Part shown: positions 28,991 to 39,086 of the stretch, one piece after another | Layout: each line of letters begins with the position of its first letter | Numbering within the stretch: position 1 is the first letter of the stretch | Assembly: GCA_964399985.1 (NCBI GenBank) | Contig: CAYNRY010000001.1 | Location: 1,054,027-1,118,026 of the forward strand | Direction of reading: 5' to 3' | Length of the DNA stretch: 64,000 bases | DNA from: an uncultured Micavibrio sp. | GTDB taxonomy: Bacteria; Pseudomonadota; Alphaproteobacteria; Micavibrionales; Micavibrionaceae | The notes under the pieces: generated by a model | Seen by the model: the letters and a program-made list of their open reading frames with translations, nothing else | Told to the model about the DNA's origin: nothing | Database searches by the model: none | Made by a program: the position numbers and the translations under genes

Positions 28991-30409
28991 TTATTCAACG
29001 ACAATTTTATACTTACGTCCCGCGACAACATTCTCATTCGCTTTGAGATTGTTCAATGCGCGAATCAATGCTGTCGTTTGTCCGATTTGAGCACCATCGA
29101 CAACACGGATTTTCTCCGTTTTCAAACCTGAAATTTCACTAGCCGATAAACTACGCAAACTATAGGTCGTGGCTTTAAGCGCTTCGATTTCGGTTGATGG
29201 CAGGTTTTGCGGAATTGCAAATTGCATGCGGAAAACGCTGCCATTGCCCCAATTAATCGCCACTAGTCGCAATGTAATCGGCGCGCCGTTTAATGTCGTA
29301 TCAAACGACGCCGTTGCTGCATCATGCCCGTTGATATTGACTTTTTCCGGAGTCAATTGGCGCTTGCCCTGCAACCAGTCATACATGATATAACTTGCCG
29401 GGTCGGCTGTATTCGCTTTCACTTGATCGACAACGATTAATGCGCCGCCGGACTTGGAGGCGACGATTTGCTCGGGCGAATTCTGGATTTTATAACCTTG
29501 TGGCACAGAGAACGTAAAACCCATTACCGGATGATAAAAATTTGTCCCGCGCACAAAACCTTGCTCGGGTGAATCTCCATAGGTCATACCGTCGATTGCG
29601 GCCAGATAAGCCACTGCTCCGCGCTCTTTTGCATTGCCTTGATATCTTGCTGCATCGGCAGATGCTGCGGCAACGCGTCCCGCTGTTTGCGGGTGGGTTG
29701 AAAAGAAATTAGGCGTTTCAGCTTTTTCTTCCTTGCCCGATTGCGATACCTGATACTGATCCATGGCGGCAAGAAAATCGGAAACTGCTTTCGGATCATA
29801 GCCTGAACGGTCAAGATAACGAATGCCAAGCGTATCAGCTTCGGTTTCCTGCTCTCGGGAATAGGAACTGATATACAAATTACTACCTACATCGAGCATC
29901 TGGGTTACGGCAGAGTTACCAAGATAAGCGCCGAGTAAGGTTGTTCCCAATCCCGTTACCACGCTTTGGGAATAACGGGCGGCACTATGGCGTCCTGTCA
30001 CGTGACCGATTTCATGTCCCAAGACGCCCGCTAATTCGGCTTCGTCATTGGCCACGGCCAAAAGTCCGCGCGTTACATAAACATAGCCGCCCGGCAGCGC
30101 GAAAGCGTTGACGACCGGAGAGTCGAGAACGAAGAACTGGTACGTCACATCCGCACGTTCTGTATTTTTGGCGACTTTAGAGCCGACCGAGGACACATAG
30201 TTTTGTAATTTTTGATCTTTATACAGCCCGCCATATTGCTTGACGATTTCCTCATGCTGGCTGGCACCGACTTGCGCTTCGCTTTCGGCTGGCATCAAAC
30301 CGGTAAACTGGTTGCGACCCGTAGCAGGATTGACGCTGCAGGCGCTTAAAACAAGGGATGAAATAAGACCGCAGACCTGTAAAGACTTGCAAAACTTTCG
30401 ATAATCCAT
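28991..30409 (-). CDS. M48 family zinc metalloprotease, probable lipoprotein
   Basis: 472 aa. Lipobox LVLSAC, HEIGHVTGRH zinc motif. Confidence 0.85.
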   Translation of the reverse strand: MDYRKFCKSLQVCGLISSLVLSACSVNPATGRNQFTGLMPAESEAQVGASQHEEIVKQYGGLYKDQKLQNYVSSVGSKVAKNTERADVTYQFFVLDSPVVNAFALPGGYVYVTRGLLAVANDEAELAGVLGHEIGHVTGRHSAARYSQSVVTGLGTTLLGAYLGNSAVTQMLDVGSNLYISSYSREQETEADTLGIRYLDRSGYDPKAVSDFLAAMDQYQVSQSGKEEKAETPNFFSTHPQTAGRVAAASADAARYQGNAKERGAVAYLAAIDGMTYGDSPEQGFVRGTNFYHPVMGFTFSVPQGYKIQNSPEQIVASKSGGALIVVDQVKANTADPASYIMYDWLQGKRQLTPEKVNINGHDAATASFDTTLNGAPITLRLVAINWGNGSVFRMQFAIPQNLPSTEIEALKATTYSLRSLSASEISGLKTEKIRVVDGAQIGQTTALIRALNNLKANENVVAGRKYKIVVE

Positions 30410-30420
30410 AAATCTTCCTC

Positions 30421-31410
30421 ATGCTCAAAAATTGTTTATTGGCTTGCCTCGCAACGCTCCTGTTTTTACCACAGGCACCTTCTGTTTCAAGAGCGGAAAC
30501 AAGATATGTTTCAGAGATAGTGCCTGCCGGCTTTTTCCGCGAACTAGCCCAGTCGCCCGTTAGCGTCAAAGTGACCAAGGTTATCGATCCCCTCACCTTT
30601 ATGGGCGAAGACAAGAATATCTATTCCCTGTCAGGTATCGAAATTCCAAACCTACAGACCGGCAAGAAAGACTTTACGCTCGAAGCCAGCAAGACTTTAG
30701 CCCTTCTCATCGAAGACAAGGATTTAAAACTCTATACGACCAAGACAAGGGATAAAGGCCGTATCAACCGGATGAACCAGATGCTGGTTCAGGCCGAATT
30801 GAAACAGGCCCGGATATGGATCCAAGGAGAATTGCTGGCGGCAGGTCTGGCACGCGTTAAAACAACAGCCGGCAATCCTGAAATGCGCGACGCCATGCTG
30901 GCTATCGAAGCGAAAGCCCGCGATGCAAAGAAAGGCCTATGGGTGGATAATGCCTTGCAGGTTTTGACCCCGGAGACAGCGATCGGTCATGAAAATTCTT
31001 TTGCCATTATTGAAGGTACGCCTAAAGCCGCCGCGATCACGCGCAACATGATCTTCCTGAATTACGGCGACGATTATAAAAAGGATTTTACCGTCGGCAT
31101 CCCGACCAGTCTGCGTGTCGCTTTTTCAAAAAAGAAAATCAATCCGCTGCAAATGGCCAATACAAAAATCCGCGTGCGCGGCTGGGTGCAATCTTATAAC
31201 GGTCCGTTTATCGAGATCGATCATCCGGAGCAAATTGAAATTCTTGGCCGTCTAAGCCCTTTTAATGAGACGAAAACTCAAACGGAACCGTCACCAAATT
31301 CCGCCGGCATGCGCACGATACAAATGCCTAAAACGCCAGAAATAGAGAAACCGATCGAACCTGAAATCATCGCTCCAAAGAAAAACAATGCCGCATACCC
31401 AAACCCATAA
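30421..31410 (+). CDS. Secreted thermonuclease (staphylococcal nuclease, SNase-like) domain protein
   Basis: 329 aa. Signal peptide. SNase-like segment ...QMLVQAELKQARIWIQGELLAAGLARV...AIEAKARDAKKGLW. Confidence 0.75.
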   Translation: MLKNCLLACLATLLFLPQAPSVSRAETRYVSEIVPAGFFRELAQSPVSVKVTKVIDPLTFMGEDKNIYSLSGIEIPNLQTGKKDFTLEASKTLALLIEDKDLKLYTTKTRDKGRINRMNQMLVQAELKQARIWIQGELLAAGLARVKTTAGNPEMRDAMLAIEAKARDAKKGLWVDNALQVLTPETAIGHENSFAIIEGTPKAAAITRNMIFLNYGDDYKKDFTVGIPTSLRVAFSKKKINPLQMANTKIRVRGWVQSYNGPFIEIDHPEQIEILGRLSPFNETKTQTEPSPNSAGMRTIQMPKTPEIEKPIEPEIIAPKKNNAAYPNP

Positions 31411-32386
31411 GAATTATGCATCTGCATTGCACCCGCGACCTTTGCGCGAATTATATCCGCCGATCATGCCCTATTCGCAAGGCTTTATGGCGGTCGATGT
31501 GGAGCATACGCTCTACTGGGAACAAAGCGGTAATCCTGACGGCATTCCGATTCTTGTTTTACATGGCGGTCCCGGCGCAGGCGCTACAGCTACCCATCGC
31601 CGCTTTTTCGATCCAGAAGTATACCGTATTATTATTTTCGACCAACGCGGCGCAGGACGATCACAGGCGCTTGGTAATCTGGAGAATAATACGACTGCTC
31701 ATTTGATCGCCGATATGGAAGCCTTGCGACGACAGTTGAATATCGAGCGCTGGCATTTATTCGGCGGATCATGGGGCAGCACGCTCGCCCTTGCATACGC
31801 CATCGAACATCCCAAAAGATGTATCAGCATGATACTCCGCAGCATTTTTCTAATGGAAGAAAGCGAAGTGCAGTGGTTCATGTATGGCATGCGCACCATC
31901 TTCCCTGAAGCTTGGGAAGAATTTGCGAATTTTATTCCTGAAAACGAGCGTAGCGATTTACTGGCGGCTTATTACAAACGCCTGAACAGCGAAGACGTAA
32001 AAATTTCCATCGAGGCCGCCCTGTCGTGGAATGCCTATGAAAGCGCCTGCGCGTCTTTCTTCCCAGCCAGTCAGACGATCAATACGGATGAGCAACGATA
32101 TTACGCGCTCGCCATGGCCAAAATCGAAGCGCATTACTTTTCGACCCAGCAAATGACCGGCGACAATGCTTTGCTTAAAAAAATCGACCGTATCCGCTCC
32201 ATTCCGGCAACAATCGTCCATGCCCGCTATGATATTGTCTGCCCGATCGACAGCGCTCACCGCCTGCATCTGGCATGGCCGGAAGCCGACTATGTAATTG
32301 TTCCGGATTCAGGTCATTCTTTCCTTGATCCGACGATGAGATCGCGCTTAATTGAAGCGGCTGAAACGGCCAAAAGCCTAACTTAA
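31388..32386 (+). CDS. pip: Prolyl aminopeptidase (proline iminopeptidase)
   Basis: 332 aa. LYPPIMPY, LHGGPGAG, FDQRGAGRS, nucleophile elbow GGSWGS. 23-nt overlap with the upstream gene. Confidence 0.88.
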   Translation: MPHTQTHKNYASALHPRPLRELYPPIMPYSQGFMAVDVEHTLYWEQSGNPDGIPILVLHGGPGAGATATHRRFFDPEVYRIIIFDQRGAGRSQALGNLENNTTAHLIADMEALRRQLNIERWHLFGGSWGSTLALAYAIEHPKRCISMILRSIFLMEESEVQWFMYGMRTIFPEAWEEFANFIPENERSDLLAAYYKRLNSEDVKISIEAALSWNAYESACASFFPASQTINTDEQRYYALAMAKIEAHYFSTQQMTGDNALLKKIDRIRSIPATIVHARYDIVCPIDSAHRLHLAWPEADYVIVPDSGHSFLDPTMRSRLIEAAETAKSLT

Positions 32387-32398
32387 TGAGGACTTGAT

Positions 32399-33601
32399 AT
32401 GGATTTCCAAAGCCTGAAAACCGCCGATGTTAAAAATAAATTCGTTCTGCTGCGTGCAGATTTGAATGTTCCGGCAGAAAATGGCGAAGTGACCGATACA
32501 ACTCGCATCGACCGTTTGAAACCCACAATTGAGTTTCTGGCGCAGATGGGTGCGAAGACGATTATCCTTTCCCATTTCGGTCGCCCCAAAGGTGTCACGC
32601 CGGAATTTTCTCAGGAGTTTTTGCTACCTGCTTTAGAGGAAAGCTGGGAACGCACGGTAAAATTCGCTCATGACAGCATTGGCGAAGACGCGACTGCCGA
32701 GCGCAATACTCTCAACCCGGGCGAAATCCTTCTTCTCGAAAATATCCGTTTTCATCCGGAAGAAGAAAAGAACGATCCGGAGTTTGCGAAAGAATTGGCC
32801 AAGCTCGGGGATATCTATGTAAACGACGCTTTTTCCGCCGCTCACCGCGCTCATGCCTCGACAGAAGGCATTGCGAATTACTTGCCGACCTATGCCGGTT
32901 TTCTGATGGAAGAAGAGCTAACCGCATTGAATAAGGCGCTTGGCAAACCGGAACGTCCTTTGGCGGCTATTGTCGGCGGTTCCAAAATTTCTACCAAGCT
33001 CGACCTTCTCAACAATCTGGTAACCAAAGCCGACTATTTGATATTGGGCGGCGGTATGGCGACAACATTTGCGTTTGCCATGGGTGCCGAAGTCGGCAAA
33101 TCCTTATGCGAACAGGATATGAAAGATCAGGCGCTTGCGATCATCGAAAAAGCCAAGGCCAATAAATGCGAAATCATTCTTCCCGTCGACCGCATCGCCG
33201 TAAAAGAATTCGGCAAAGACACGCCGTTTGAAGTCGTGAATTCAAACGCAATTCCCTCTGATATGGAAGGCGTCGATATAGGCCCTGAAGCCGTCAAAAA
33301 TGCTGGCGAGAAACTGGCAAAATGCAAAACCGTCATCTGGAACGGACCAATGGGCGTCTTTGAAGTCAAACCGTTCGATAACGGCACAAACGGCATCGCG
33401 CAAATCGTCGCCGATCTGACAGAGTCAGGTAAAATCGTCAGCGTGGCTGGCGGCGGCGACACAGTATCGGCGCTTGAAAATGCAGGCGTTGCCGATAAGG
33501 TGACATATATGTCATCCGCTGGCGGTGCCTTCCTTGAATGGATGGAAGGAAAAACTCTTCCGGGCGTCGCGGCTTTGTCACAGAAGAAAAAAGCGGCTTG
33601 A
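32399..33601 (+). CDS. pgk: Phosphoglycerate kinase
   Basis: 400 aa. RADLNVP, ILSHFGRPKG, NDAFSAAHRAHAST, WNGPMGVFE, GGGDT. Confidence 0.97.
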   Translation: MDFQSLKTADVKNKFVLLRADLNVPAENGEVTDTTRIDRLKPTIEFLAQMGAKTIILSHFGRPKGVTPEFSQEFLLPALEESWERTVKFAHDSIGEDATAERNTLNPGEILLLENIRFHPEEEKNDPEFAKELAKLGDIYVNDAFSAAHRAHASTEGIANYLPTYAGFLMEEELTALNKALGKPERPLAAIVGGSKISTKLDLLNNLVTKADYLILGGGMATTFAFAMGAEVGKSLCEQDMKDQALAIIEKAKANKCEIILPVDRIAVKEFGKDTPFEVVNSNAIPSDMEGVDIGPEAVKNAGEKLAKCKTVIWNGPMGVFEVKPFDNGTNGIAQIVADLTESGKIVSVAGGGDTVSALENAGVADKVTYMSSAGGAFLEWMEGKTLPGVAALSQKKKAA

Positions 33602-34324
33602 TTAACGTTCTGATAAAATCTGTACAAATATATAGTAAGTACCTGTCGTATTTTGTCGACAATACGCCCCGACAGATGGAACGTCAGGATTGGCGTATTC
33701 TTCTATATATGTTGAAGCCAATGTGCCGTCATAAGCAATAAGGGAGCCGCTTACTACAGGCACTGGCGGCTCTCCTCCCGGGTTTGTCACCTTGAGGATG
33801 TCATTAATAGCCAGACATGTTTCTCTCGTTAAAAACGGCTGGTTATAAAATAAGTCGTTGGCTGATTCAGTGCCTGATGCAGCATCAGTGCCAATACCCT
33901 TTATTTGCCCGACCTGAATCCTTACATGTCCTGATTTTATGCTGGTCAATGTTGGTGCTAAACTATTTGCAATGGGAATAGTTGGCACTACAGCCCCACC
34001 TTTTGCATCGAAAATATGACATATCATTGTCGCCGGGGCATTGGAATTGGCGGCATTTAAATCAGCGTTACTCGTTGTTTGAAAAATTGCACTGGTAAAA
34101 TCAAGCGTATAATCAGTGCACCCATTGGAGATCTTGACGCGCATTACTGCATTTCTTACAGCCGCACCGAATTGGATTATTTGTGCCGCATTGGCGCGCA
34201 CTTTATCCTTAGAAATTGAAGTGCTTCCATTCCGTGTGAATGAAGTTACCGCATAAGAAAGAGCCGCAAAGAGCGCAACGGCAATTAGAATTAGAAAAAG
34301 AACATTTCCAGATTGTCGTCGCAT
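33602..34324 (-). CDS. Hypothetical protein with a pilin-like hydrophobic N-terminus (non-canonical)
   Basis: 240 aa. MRRQSG then NVLFLILIAVALFAALSYAV resembles a class III signal but lacks Phe+1 and Glu+5. Four Cys residues. Lower G+C than pgk. Its stop abuts the pgk stop. Confidence 0.55.
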   Translation of the reverse strand: MRRQSGNVLFLILIAVALFAALSYAVTSFTRNGSTSISKDKVRANAAQIIQFGAAVRNAVMRVKISNGCTDYTLDFTSAIFQTTSNADLNAANSNAPATMICHIFDAKGGAVVPTIPIANSLAPTLTSIKSGHVRIQVGQIKGIGTDAASGTESANDLFYNQPFLTRETCLAINDILKVTNPGGEPPVPVVSGSLIAYDGTLASTYIEEYANPDVPSVGAYCRQNTTGTYYIFVQILSER

Positions 34325-34451
34325 AATTTCCTAAATAAGAAAACAGAAGAAAATTATACAAGGATACGGAAATGGTGCAAGGAGAAACCCTTTATCAAAG
34401 GGAAAAGGTTTTAAATACGAATATCCAAAGTCCTGAAGATTTTTAGGGTTT

Positions 34452-34539
34452 ATCATTCCCCGAATTGCATAGCAATTCTAGGGGAATCCAGAAGTGTCCA
34501 TGGATCGCCTTAGAATTGCTTTACAATTCAGAAGATGAC
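34452..34539. repeat. Divergent member of the palindromic element family
   Basis: ATCATTCCCCGAATTGCATAGCAATTCTAGGGGAATCC...GGATCGCC..GAATTGCTTTACAATTC..GATGAC. Same architecture with longer hairpins. Confidence 0.5.
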
Positions 34540-34566
34540 AGTAAGTTTTTTAGAACATCCATTGCG

Positions 34567-34632
34567 TTTTCCCCGCGCAAGCGGAGATCTCGGCTAGGCC
34601 GTTTCTCTGGATCACCGCTTTCGCGGGGAAAG
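34567..34632. repeat. Inverted-repeat element related to the palindromic family
   Basis: TTTTCCCCGCGCAAGCGGAGATC-N21-GATCACCGCTTTCGCGGGGAAAG. Confidence 0.5.
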
Positions 34633-34665
34633 CAAATTTTTTCTTATTTTTGGAATCAAAAACAA

Positions 34666-35871
34666 CTAAGCCTTATACTGCGCCATGAGTTTTAAAGCTT
34701 GCTCGTAACCAAGACCTTCGAAATAAGCGACAGCCATATTGAATGAAACCGGATCGGTTCTTTCCGCGCTGCCACGGATTTTAGCCGTCATCAGATAGAC
34801 AGATATGAAATCATCGCGAGTCATACGCTGGCTGCGAAGCAATGCCGCCAGACTATGTCCGCTTTCAGGCTTTAACAGTTCGATGATTTTCGTCGCGCGT
34901 ATGGTGGACACGCTCGACATCTGGGCAACAAAGGATGAAATCTGGCCACGTTTGAGCGTTTTGATCATCAGCTCGGATGTCAACAACCCCTTCTCTTTAA
35001 AGAGATTGGCCGCCTTGATCATGGCCGGTGTCGGTTCGAAATCGTTCTTAGGCTCTGCGGCGAATTCCTGCAGGATGTCTTTAACGGATTCAAGAACGCT
35101 CATCTCGTTTTGCAGCGATGAAGAAATAGCTTTTTCCATTTCTTGACCGACTAGCGCATAGATCTTGCGCGTGATCGCATCCGGAATATCCTGTCTGGTT
35201 AATAGTGGACGAGCGACGTCTTTGGATTTCTCCGCCAGCTCGGTCAGAACTTCCAGAGCGAAATTGCTAAAATGAACCGTCTCATTTTGCGCCAGCATCG
35301 TTGCCGTTGCGATATCGCGTGTATCGGCAAGCGCATCGACAACAGGCTCGTTCAGATTATGGCGCGCGGCAATCGCTTGCCAGTAATTGGAATCTTTGGA
35401 CTGAATTAAATATAAAAGATCGAGATCGTTCAAAACAGGCGAGCTGCGAAGGATGGTTTCCGCAACGCCAATCTCGTCTTGCGCCATAAACAGGACAAGG
35501 CGCAGCGGCGCATTTTCGAGAACGGATAGACGCTCGGCCACGGCCTGACGCAGATCTTTCTCCGCCTGACGCATCAGGTTGATCAAGATATCGGCGATCA
35601 GTTCTTTTTCGGTTTGCTTTAAATCCATGGCCAGAAGGCCGGATACGATATGCGACAACTCGGAACGTGCTTCCGGTTGCTTGTCTTCTGCCAATTGATA
35701 AATACGGTGACTGTCATAAAGACGAACCAGTAACGGTTCGACGTCTTTTGTGTGTCCCAGCGTGCCCCAAGCCATAAGTGCTTCCCTAATGCTCAACTCT
35801 AGCTTCCTCACACCGCCCGTGGGATTGATGAAATTTAAAAATAACTGCCCCTGTTGCAGCCATTTCCACAC
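34666..35871 (-). CDS. Helical-repeat protein resembling the alphaproteobacterial DUF2336 family
   Basis: 401 aa, all-helical and Leu/Ala-rich (…ELIADILINLMRQAEKDLRQAVAERLS…). Family assignment is from memory of DUF2336-like sequences and is not verified. Confidence 0.5.
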   Translation of the reverse strand: MWKWLQQGQLFLNFINPTGGVRKLELSIREALMAWGTLGHTKDVEPLLVRLYDSHRIYQLAEDKQPEARSELSHIVSGLLAMDLKQTEKELIADILINLMRQAEKDLRQAVAERLSVLENAPLRLVLFMAQDEIGVAETILRSSPVLNDLDLLYLIQSKDSNYWQAIAARHNLNEPVVDALADTRDIATATMLAQNETVHFSNFALEVLTELAEKSKDVARPLLTRQDIPDAITRKIYALVGQEMEKAISSSLQNEMSVLESVKDILQEFAAEPKNDFEPTPAMIKAANLFKEKGLLTSELMIKTLKRGQISSFVAQMSSVSTIRATKIIELLKPESGHSLAALLRSQRMTRDDFISVYLMTAKIRGSAERTDPVSFNMAVAYFEGLGYEQALKLMAQYKA

Positions 35872-36060
35872 ACTCTATTCGTTAGAATTTCTATGAATTC
35901 TTTTATTAGTCTTACCTATTATGCTCCCGAAAGATTTACAGAGAATTAATATCGAAAATGTCTAAAATTAAAAATATGGGGATGAGGTGAAACGAATTCT
36001 TAAGATGTTTTGTAATAAACTGGGAATCATCATAAACATCTAGGGAACTTCTCGGGGCAC

Positions 36061-36318
36061 ATGGTTACTCTTTCTCCAGTTACCACTTCTACAGTGAATG
36101 TGAATTTTAATCGCGAACAGGCACCTGTTCGTGACGAAGCTGCTGTAAAAGAGCGCCTTCAAACCACTCAAGCCTCCGGCTCGAACGTGGCAAAAACCGA
36201 AAATAGCACGCAGAAAAACTATCGCCAGCAGCAGGATTTTGCCGATGCCCGCCTGCCCGACCCGACATCCAACGTCAACGGCAACCGTCGCGGCAGCTTG
36301 CTGGATTTATCCGTTTAA
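36061..36318 (+). CDS. Small hypothetical protein (85 aa, predicted disordered)
   Basis: Gln/Asn/Thr-rich, no TM helix or signal peptide. Weak RBS. Confidence 0.35.
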   Translation: MVTLSPVTTSTVNVNFNREQAPVRDEAAVKERLQTTQASGSNVAKTENSTQKNYRQQQDFADARLPDPTSNVNGNRRGSLLDLSV

Positions 36319-36332
36319 TCATTGAAATTAAA

Positions 36333-37832
36333 TTACTGAAACGCCACTTCGTTGAAACTGCGCAGCTTACGGCTATGCAGTTTTTCCGGACCTATTTCAC
36401 GCAATAGCGCCATGGTCAAAAGCCCGATTTGCAAATGCTGTTCTACCCTCTGGCGGTAGAAACTCTCAGCCATCCCGGGCAATTTTAGCTGTCCGTGCAA
36501 GGGCTTATCCGAAACACATAACAAAGTGCCGTAAGGAACGCGGAAGCGGAACCCGTTGGCGGCAATCGTGCCGGATTCCATATCAAGCGCTATCGCCCGG
36601 CTCTGGCTCAATTTCGTATTTTGGCGAATGGCCGGACGCAGCTCCCAGTTGCGGTCATCGACCGTAGCGACCGTACCGGTACGCATGATTTTCTTTAAAT
36701 CATAACCGTTTAGCCCCGTTACCTGAGAAACTGCTTGCTCAAGCGCAATTTGGATTTCCGACAAGGCCGGAACCGGAATACTTGGATGAAGATCGCGGAA
36801 CAAGACATTGTCTTCCCTTAGATATCCGTGCGCCAATACATAGTCGCCGATGCTTTGAGAATTACGAAGCCCCGCACAGTGGCCGAGCATTAGCCAGGCA
36901 TGAGGACGCAAGACCGCGACGTGATCGGTAATGGTTTTGGCATTGGACGGCCCGACGCCGATATTGATCATCGTGATACCGGAACCGTCTTTACGTTTCA
37001 GGTGATAGGCCGGCATTTGCGGCATGCGACGCAGTGCCTCGCCCGGCGCATCCGCCGGAAGTCCGGTTACGTTTTTGTTATAAGTGATCTTATTGCCCGG
37101 CTCGACAAAGGCTTCATATTCGCTATCGATCCCGGACGGGTCGCCATGCGCCATGATATTGTTACAGATGCGTGAAAACTCATCGATATAGAATTGATAG
37201 TTCGTCAGGATCACATAATTCTGGAAGTGCGCGGCGCTTGTCGCCGTATAATGGCGAAGGCGCATCAGGCTTAAATCGACGCGCGGCGCTGTAAACAAAG
37301 CCAGCGGAGCGGCCTGCCCTTCTTTAACATGGTAAGTACCGTTGGCGATTTCGTCATCCATCAGGGTTAGATCGGGAATGTCGAACACATTCGGGAGCAT
37401 CTCCATATGTTCACGGGTCAGGTCTTTCTCGATATGAAAGCCTTCGCCGAGCGCGAAATGGATAGGAATTCTGACATCGCTGACACCGATTTCGATTTCA
37501 TCGTTATGGGTCGCAAGGAGCAATTTCATCTGCTCGAGATAATAGCGGTCGTAAATATCAGGCTGCGTTAATGTCGTTTCATAAACGCCCGGGTGGGACA
37601 CAAAACCGTAAGCGAGGCGTGTATCGAGGCGGCGAGAGTCATCGACTTTCAATCGCATATAAGGATAGCATGCCGAGATGCGTTCTTTTTCAATCTTCGC
37701 GGACAGGCCGAATTCGCGGAAACTTTCGCGCAGGAAAGTGGAATTCGTATCGTAAATTTCTTTTATATAGGAATAAGCGTCTTCGGCTTTGGTGAATTTT
37801 TTGGCTCTGAAGGCCTTAGGTGTCTTGATCAT
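36333..37832 (-). CDS. amn: AMP nucleosidase
   Basis: 499 aa. N-terminal Amn regulatory domain plus PNP_UDP_1 catalytic domain (INIGVGPSNAKTITDHVAVLRPHAWLMLGHCAGLR). Confidence 0.88.
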   Translation of the reverse strand: MIKTPKAFRAKKFTKAEDAYSYIKEIYDTNSTFLRESFREFGLSAKIEKERISACYPYMRLKVDDSRRLDTRLAYGFVSHPGVYETTLTQPDIYDRYYLEQMKLLLATHNDEIEIGVSDVRIPIHFALGEGFHIEKDLTREHMEMLPNVFDIPDLTLMDDEIANGTYHVKEGQAAPLALFTAPRVDLSLMRLRHYTATSAAHFQNYVILTNYQFYIDEFSRICNNIMAHGDPSGIDSEYEAFVEPGNKITYNKNVTGLPADAPGEALRRMPQMPAYHLKRKDGSGITMINIGVGPSNAKTITDHVAVLRPHAWLMLGHCAGLRNSQSIGDYVLAHGYLREDNVLFRDLHPSIPVPALSEIQIALEQAVSQVTGLNGYDLKKIMRTGTVATVDDRNWELRPAIRQNTKLSQSRAIALDMESGTIAANGFRFRVPYGTLLCVSDKPLHGQLKLPGMAESFYRQRVEQHLQIGLLTMALLREIGPEKLHSRKLRSFNEVAFQ

Positions 37833-37870
37833 AAATGTCCTTTATTTTCAGTATACTAAAAATAAAGGTT

Positions 37871-39031
37871 TTAAGAAAGTCCTACCAGCGCCTTGGCAAA
37901 GGCTTCCGGCCTGAAGGGTTGAAGGTCTTCAATCCCCTCGCCGACGCCGACGGCGTAGACAGGAATGCCGAATTGATCGGCCAGAGCGACAACGACGCCG
38001 CCTTTGGCAGAGCCATCAAGCTTGGTCACGACAAGCCCCGTGATCTGAACCATACTCATAAATATCTCGACCTGAGAAATCGCGTTCTGTCCGGTCGTGG
38101 CATCGAGCACCAGAATGACTTCATGCGGCACGGTTTCGTTCTTTTTCTTGATGACGCGAACGACTTTTTGCAACTCTTCCATCAAATTAGTTTTGTTCTG
38201 CAAACGTCCTGCTGTATCGATCATTAATATATCCATGTTATCGGCAATGGCTTTCTCATAGGCTTCGAAAGAAACCGCCGCTGCGTCCGCGCCGATATCC
38301 TTGGCAATAAGCGGCGACATCGTACGATCCGCCCAGACTTTGAGTTGCTCGATCGCCGCCGCGCGGAATGTATCCGCCGCCGCGATAATGACTTTTTTCT
38401 TAAGCTTGAAATGCAGCAGATGCGCGAGCTTGCCGATAGTGGTGGTTTTACCGGCTCCATTGACGCCGCAGATAAGATAAACGCGCGGACCGTCTTCCGG
38501 TTTTTTGGTTTCAAGTGCATAGGCCGATTTCTTGAGAATTTCGGCGATGTCCTGCGCAAGGATGGATTTTACTTCATCCGCGCTCACGTCTTTTTCAAAT
38601 TTTCGTGCGCGGAATTGATCGACCAGCATCGCGGCTGTTTTCGGACCCAAATCAGCTTCGATAAGAATGTCTTCAAGCGTTTCGTAACTTGCGGCATCTA
38701 ATTTACGTTTAAACAGATCGCTCAAGCCCAGATCGAGTTTATTGGAGGATTTGGAAAGACCTTTGGTTAGCTGCGAAAACCAGCCGCCACCATTATCATC
38801 TATTTCACGCGGCTCACGGGATGGAGACATATTATCAGGTATCGGCGTTACTTCGACGCTATCTATAATCTCGGTTTCCGTTTGTTCGAGATCATGCTTC
38901 AGCTCCGGGCTGATATCGCTTTCGTCTTCGACTGGCTCCAGATCGGGCTCGCGCGGATGATGCAGGATCTTGTCATCCCGTTCATCCTGCTCTTGTGCTG
39001 CCGCATTATTTTTCTTGCGCCAGAAAACCAT
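37871..39031 (-). CDS. ftsY: Signal recognition particle receptor FtsY
   Basis: 386 aa. Acidic N-terminal region. NG domain GVNGAGKTTTIGKLA, DTAGRLQNK, TKLDGSAKGG. Confidence 0.95.
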   Translation of the reverse strand: MVFWRKKNNAAAQEQDERDDKILHHPREPDLEPVEDESDISPELKHDLEQTETEIIDSVEVTPIPDNMSPSREPREIDDNGGGWFSQLTKGLSKSSNKLDLGLSDLFKRKLDAASYETLEDILIEADLGPKTAAMLVDQFRARKFEKDVSADEVKSILAQDIAEILKKSAYALETKKPEDGPRVYLICGVNGAGKTTTIGKLAHLLHFKLKKKVIIAAADTFRAAAIEQLKVWADRTMSPLIAKDIGADAAAVSFEAYEKAIADNMDILMIDTAGRLQNKTNLMEELQKVVRVIKKKNETVPHEVILVLDATTGQNAISQVEIFMSMVQITGLVVTKLDGSAKGGVVVALADQFGIPVYAVGVGEGIEDLQPFRPEAFAKALVGLS

Positions 39032-39086
39032 AAAATCCTCAATTCAAATGCTGATAAGTATATTTTGAGCCTGTGAACGGCAAAGG

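Noticed and set aside
36333-37832. AMP nucleosidase as a nucleotide-depleting defence effector
   Set aside because: It is full-length canonical Amn (regulatory N-domain plus PNP_UDP domain) in a housekeeping context next to ftsY. No sensor or partner genes typical of defence systems are adjacent.
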